DNA of 64,000 nucleotides from Candidatus Latescibacterota bacterium (GTDB lineage Bacteria; Latescibacterota; UBA2968): NCBI GenBank assembly GCA_965205975.1, contig OZ242195.1, positions 256,001 to 320,000 of the forward strand, read 5' to 3'. Shown piece by piece: positions 59,703 to 64,000 of this stretch (position 1 is its first letter; each line of letters starts with the position of its first letter). The notes under the pieces were generated by a model. It saw only the letters and a program-made list of their open reading frames with translations, ran no database searches and was not told where the DNA came from. The position numbers and the translations under genes were made by a program.

Positions 59703-61058
59703 GTGGTACCTGAGTCTATTAAACATCTCAAGCGGCCTTTTTCATTTGCAGTTGTGAGTGATACGCATTTTGTGACGCGAGATTTTATTGGGCAGGCATT
59801 TGACGCGTCAAGACCGCTCAGTACTGAGGGGTATGTGGAAAATGTGACCTATTCACTCGCGCCAATGATGGATGCACTTCGCCATCTCAAACCAGATTTT
59901 ATAATTTTGACAGGCGATGTGGCCGAACCTCCGCTGGATCCAGAATGCCACCGCGAGAATCTCAAGGCTGCGCTGGATTTTTTTGCCACATGCGATATTC
60001 CCCTGATCGTCGCTCGTGGCAATCACGATGGCACCTCGACTTTTGATGAGGTTGTGGGGTCGCGTATTGCACAGTTTTTAGGTGAGGCACCCAAGGCGCA
60101 TTATTTTTCATTTGAGGTGGATGGTTGCCAGTTTATTGTTCTGGATACGCCGTTTTGGAATCCCGAGCAATGTCAGTGGCTCGATGCCGTGTTGGCAGAA
60201 AATGCTTATGCACCATCCTTTTTATTGGGGCATCATCCTATCTGGCCGGTAGCACGCGCTTTTTTTTACAATCGCGATTTTCAGACGGATATGGTCAATC
60301 TTTTGTCTCGGTACGCGATTGATGCCTATTTTTGTGGGCATTCACACAATCAAAGCATTGTGTTGCACCGCACGCCCTATTTGCCAGTGTTGCAGTGTAT
60401 GGGTGCTCTGGTCGGGTTGTCTGACGCGCCGCCACTTCCGCTCAACCACGTTCAAGCCCTTTTGCCCACGTCCGATGATCTCATGGCTGTTTGGCCTGGA
60501 TATATTGAAAATACGGCTCCAGGATGGTTTATGGGATATGTTTCACAGGGCCAGGCGCGTGTGGAATGGTATCATATTAACCGCGGAGCCGAGGCCATGG
60601 TGCGTTGGTTTCGGCCTGGTGATATTCAGACTTTTTGGACGATGGATCCCGCGCCCCCTGCCCAACTCATTGAAGCAAATTTGCAGCGTATTCGACAGGG
60701 GATTCTTCGTTTTTGTGCCTGGGATAGTATGGGAGATGCGCGCGTATTTCTCAATGGGAATGAGATTGGCCTTTTGCCGCGTGCAGATAATTTTACGCCC
60801 AGTCGCCTCTCTTTACCTCCCAACGCACTCGCTTGTTTGCAGATGGAAAATAAGGTGCGTATTGAACCAGCTGAGGGAAGTGAGATAACTCTTGGCAATC
60901 TGGTTATCGAAGTGGTATTGCCCGGTGGTCGTTATGTGCGGTCACAGATTTTTGAAGAGATTTATACGTGGTCTAACCGGTGGGAGAGGTATGAATATGA
61001 GACGTTGCAAAAGATGAAACCGGGGCGACCGTTAACAACAGTGTTGTCTTTCAGGTGA
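59703..61058 (+). CDS. Calcineurin-like metallophosphoesterase with C-terminal extension
   Basis: SDTH, TGD, GNHD, GHHP, GHSH. Confidence 0.88.
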   Translation: MVPESIKHLKRPFSFAVVSDTHFVTRDFIGQAFDASRPLSTEGYVENVTYSLAPMMDALRHLKPDFIILTGDVAEPPLDPECHRENLKAALDFFATCDIPLIVARGNHDGTSTFDEVVGSRIAQFLGEAPKAHYFSFEVDGCQFIVLDTPFWNPEQCQWLDAVLAENAYAPSFLLGHHPIWPVARAFFYNRDFQTDMVNLLSRYAIDAYFCGHSHNQSIVLHRTPYLPVLQCMGALVGLSDAPPLPLNHVQALLPTSDDLMAVWPGYIENTAPGWFMGYVSQGQARVEWYHINRGAEAMVRWFRPGDIQTFWTMDPAPPAQLIEANLQRIRQGILRFCAWDSMGDARVFLNGNEIGLLPRADNFTPSRLSLPPNALACLQMENKVRIEPAEGSEITLGNLVIEVVLPGGRYVRSQIFEEIYTWSNRWERYEYETLQKMKPGRPLTTVLSFR

Positions 61059-61062
61059 GGAT

Positions 61063-63090
61063 GTGATGGACGATAGAAGAGATACCAATAGATTGGTCCA
61101 CGAGACCAGTCCGTATTTATTGCAGCATGCACACAATCCCGTTGCGTGGTTTCCGTGGGGAGAAGAGGCGTTTGAAAAGGCCATTGCCGAAGACAAGCCC
61201 ATCTTTTTGAGCGTGGGATATGCGGCCTGTCACTGGTGCCATGTGATGGCACACGAGTGTTTTGAAGACGAGGAAATAGCGCAGATTATGAACGCGCATT
61301 TTGTCAATGTGAAGGTCGATCGGGAAGAACGCCCCGATGTCGATGAAATTTATATGAATGCGGTACAGGTTATGACCGGTTCCGGTGGATGGCCTATGAG
61401 TGTGTTTTTAACGCCGCAGGGCGTACCGTTTTACGGGGGCACGTATTTTCCGCCTCAGAGTCGGCACAATATACCGGGCTTTCCCCAGGTTCTGGAATCC
61501 GTTGCCAGGCATTATCGGGAAAATGGGGATAATGTCGCAGATGTGGCGAATCGGTTGCATGAGCATTTGCGGGCAATGGCGCATATTGATGCTTTGGCAG
61601 ATGACCTGACTGAGGCGGATTTTGATGGCGCATTTCAAAAGATTAGATCGAATTTTGATTTTCAAAATGGCGGGTTTGGCACACAGCCCAAGTTCCCCAA
61701 TTCGATGAATCTCGACGTATTTTTGCGAACTTATTTGCGTACGGGGGACATAGAGGCACGCGCGATGGTAAAATTGACGCTCGAAAAAATGGCGCGCGGG
61801 GGCATTTACGATCAACTCGGCGGGGGATTTCACCGCTATTCTGTTGATCGCCACTGGCTCGTGCCCCATTTTGAGAAGATGCTGTATGACAATGCACTGC
61901 TCGCACAGCTTTATACACAGACTTATCAGGTGACGAGGCAACCGTTTTTTGCGCGCATTGTTAGGTCAATTCTGGATTATACGCGTCGAGAGATGACTGC
62001 GCCAGAAGGCGGTTTTTATTCTACGCAAGATGCCGATAGCGAGGGGGAAGAGGGCAAGTTTTTTGTGTGGACGCCGCAGGAGGTGGTGGATCTATTGGGC
62101 GAAGAAGAAGGGGCGATATTTTGTCGGTATTTCGATGTGACGGAGCGGGGCAATTTTGAAGGTAAAAATATTTTAAATATTCCTCGTATTTATGAGGTGG
62201 ATGAAGACGCGATAGCACGCGAATGTACGATTTTGTTTGATGCGCGAGAAGAGCGCGTCAAACCCGGGCGCGATGAAAAAATTCAGGTGAATTGGAATGG
62301 GCTGATGATTTCGGCCTTTGCCCAGGCATATCGGGCGTTTGGCGATTCCGTTTATCTGGATAGTGCGTCAGATGCGGCTCAATTTATCCTGGAGAATATG
62401 TGTACGGATCGCGGGCTTTTGTTGCATACCTATAAAGATGGTCGCGCGCGTTTCAATGCCTATCAGGATGATTATGCCTGTTTGATCGTTGGGTTAGTCG
62501 ATCTGTACGAGGCGAGTTTTGAGCCTTCTTATCTCATTGCTGCCCGCGATTTTATGGAGGTGATGATCGATCAATTTTGGGATAATGAAGATGGCGGATT
62601 TTTTTATACGGGAAGAGATCACGAGGAGCTGATTGTGCGTTCAAAAAATCCCTTTGACAATGCGACTCCCTCTGGCAATTCAACAGGGGCGATGGCACTG
62701 CTGCGATTGGGGACGCTGCTGGAGCGCCGAGATTGGCGGGATATGGCCGCCCGTATTTTGCATCTTTTTGGCAGACATATTCGGGAGGTGCCTTCGGGTT
62801 TTGGCAATATGATTTGTGCCCTGGATCTCTATTTGCAAGGGGCAGTTGAGGTTGCTGTTTTGGGCGATCGAGACAGTGCGGATACGGTTGCACTGCTCGA
62901 TGTGGTGAATAAAACATGGCGACCCAATGTCGTTTTGTGCGGGGGAAGTGATCCCGTGTCCGACGCTATTCCGCTTCTGAAAAATCGCGGTATGATTGAC
63001 GGACGCGCCACGGCTTATGTATGTCGCAATTTTGTCTGTTCTGAACCCGTTACAGATGCCGAGGCACTGGAAAAATTACTGGATGAATAG
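61063..63090 (+). CDS. Thioredoxin domain-containing protein (YyaL/SSP411 family)
   Basis: NRL..ETSPYLLQHAHNPV, CHWCHVM, GGFHRYSVD, PHFEKMLYDN. Confidence 0.95.
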   Translation: MMDDRRDTNRLVHETSPYLLQHAHNPVAWFPWGEEAFEKAIAEDKPIFLSVGYAACHWCHVMAHECFEDEEIAQIMNAHFVNVKVDREERPDVDEIYMNAVQVMTGSGGWPMSVFLTPQGVPFYGGTYFPPQSRHNIPGFPQVLESVARHYRENGDNVADVANRLHEHLRAMAHIDALADDLTEADFDGAFQKIRSNFDFQNGGFGTQPKFPNSMNLDVFLRTYLRTGDIEARAMVKLTLEKMARGGIYDQLGGGFHRYSVDRHWLVPHFEKMLYDNALLAQLYTQTYQVTRQPFFARIVRSILDYTRREMTAPEGGFYSTQDADSEGEEGKFFVWTPQEVVDLLGEEEGAIFCRYFDVTERGNFEGKNILNIPRIYEVDEDAIARECTILFDAREERVKPGRDEKIQVNWNGLMISAFAQAYRAFGDSVYLDSASDAAQFILENMCTDRGLLLHTYKDGRARFNAYQDDYACLIVGLVDLYEASFEPSYLIAARDFMEVMIDQFWDNEDGGFFYTGRDHEELIVRSKNPFDNATPSGNSTGAMALLRLGTLLERRDWRDMAARILHLFGRHIREVPSGFGNMICALDLYLQGAVEVAVLGDRDSADTVALLDVVNKTWRPNVVLCGGSDPVSDAIPLLKNRGMIDGRATAYVCRNFVCSEPVTDAEALEKLLDE

Positions 63091-63164
63091 AGTTTGGGAT
63101 ACTAATTTGAACGATTGACAGCGTCTAATTGTTAATCTATCACAATTCTAAGAAAGGATATGTT

Positions 63165-63710
63165 ATGGCAGATGTTTTGATTATAGGCGATGGACCTGCG
63201 GGACTGAGTGCCGCGTTGTTTTTGACGAAAAATGGTCAGAATGTGACGGTGTTTGGGCAAGATGGAACGCCGATGCACAAGGCAATGCTCTACAATTATC
63301 TGGGCATTCCCGAGATGACGGGGAGTGAGTTTCAGCGGGTAGGTCGAGCGCAAGTCCAGAATTTGGGCGGCAAAATTGAGGATGTAGAAGTGACCGATGC
63401 CGAAAAGACCGATAGCGGTTTTGCCGTTACAACGGCGGATGGAGATCGAAGAGAGGGGAAGTATCTCATTTTGGCGACTGGTACAAATACCAAATTGGCC
63501 GAGGGGCTGAGTTTGGCCAAGGAGAACAAGGGTATTGTTGCAGATGGAGATGGCCGCACTTCAGTTGAGGGGCTTTTTGCAGTGGGTTGGAATACGCGTC
63601 TCATCCGCACACAGGCGATTATTTCCGCCGGGCAAGGCGCCGCAACTGCGCTTGAAATTTTATCGCTCGAAGCTGGTGAAGATTTCCATGATTTTGATGT
63701 GGTTGAATAA
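63165..63710 (+). CDS. Short FAD-dependent oxidoreductase (thioredoxin reductase-like)
   Basis: IIGDGPAGLSAA, LILATG, TSVEGLFAVG, QAIISAGQG. Confidence 0.85.
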   Translation: MADVLIIGDGPAGLSAALFLTKNGQNVTVFGQDGTPMHKAMLYNYLGIPEMTGSEFQRVGRAQVQNLGGKIEDVEVTDAEKTDSGFAVTTADGDRREGKYLILATGTNTKLAEGLSLAKENKGIVADGDGRTSVEGLFAVGWNTRLIRTQAIISAGQGAATALEILSLEAGEDFHDFDVVE

Positions 63711-63813
63711 GGTAAGATAAATTTTTTCGGGAGGTTCCAGGGCAGGTGGTGGGTATCTGGAACCTTCTTTTTTATTTTGAGCGGAATCAAGGTGAATGGA
63801 AAGGGGAAATAGT

Positions 63814-64000
63814 ATGGCTGGACAAGGTTCGGGCGGCAATGTTCTTGCAGCTTTGTGTAGTTTTTTTATTCCAGGGTTGGGCCAGTTGCTTCAGGGACGT
63901 TTACTAATTGCTCTTTTCCAATTTGTTCTGGCAGCCATCCTGTGGTTTATCTGGATGGGCTGGTTGATCCATCTGTGGTCGGTTTTGAACGCGGCGCGGT
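63814..64000 (+). CDS. Small membrane protein, 3'-truncated by window edge
   Basis: MAGQGSGGNVLAALCSFFIPGLGQLLQGR...; not in the ORF track because no stop lies in the window. Confidence 0.75.
   Translation, partial: MAGQGSGGNVLAALCSFFIPGLGQLLQGRLLIALFQFVLAAILWFIWMGWLIHLWSVLNAAR

Overview
Bacterial chromosomal window, densely coding. Gene content (GWxTD protein, PorV-like barrel, peptidase-TolB-BamA fusion, many PhyH/Gfo-Idh-MocA/TIM-barrel catabolic enzymes) suggests an FCB-group organism such as Latescibacterota or Gemmatimonadota; this is inference only. The backbone is housekeeping and envelope genes (ddl, ispDF, queA, accD, aroQ, sucD, rpiA, era, tRNA-Thr) plus the 3' end of a type I secretion cluster. 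Three small defence-like two-gene cassettes interrupt it: (1) a compact C5 DNA methyltransferase plus a KpnI-like HNH endonuclease (3.6-4.9 kb); (2) an ABC/AAA ATPase plus a DUF4276/TOPRIM-like protein (18.6-20.4 kb); (3) the best novelty candidate, a TIR-9xTPR protein fused to a TaqI-like restriction-modification DNA specificity domain with no methylase or nuclease, translationally coupled to an ABC-ATPase with a HEPN-like tail (33.0-37.0 kb). Also notable are a 1617-aa degenerate M28-peptidase/FtsX-permease fusion with an OPT-like membrane partner, an L,D-transpeptidase/pseudo-transpeptidase/lipoprotein trio, and several REP-like and short tandem intergenic repeats. No CRISPR array, rRNA, integrase or transposase was seen. 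All family calls come from motif recognition by eye, not from database searches.
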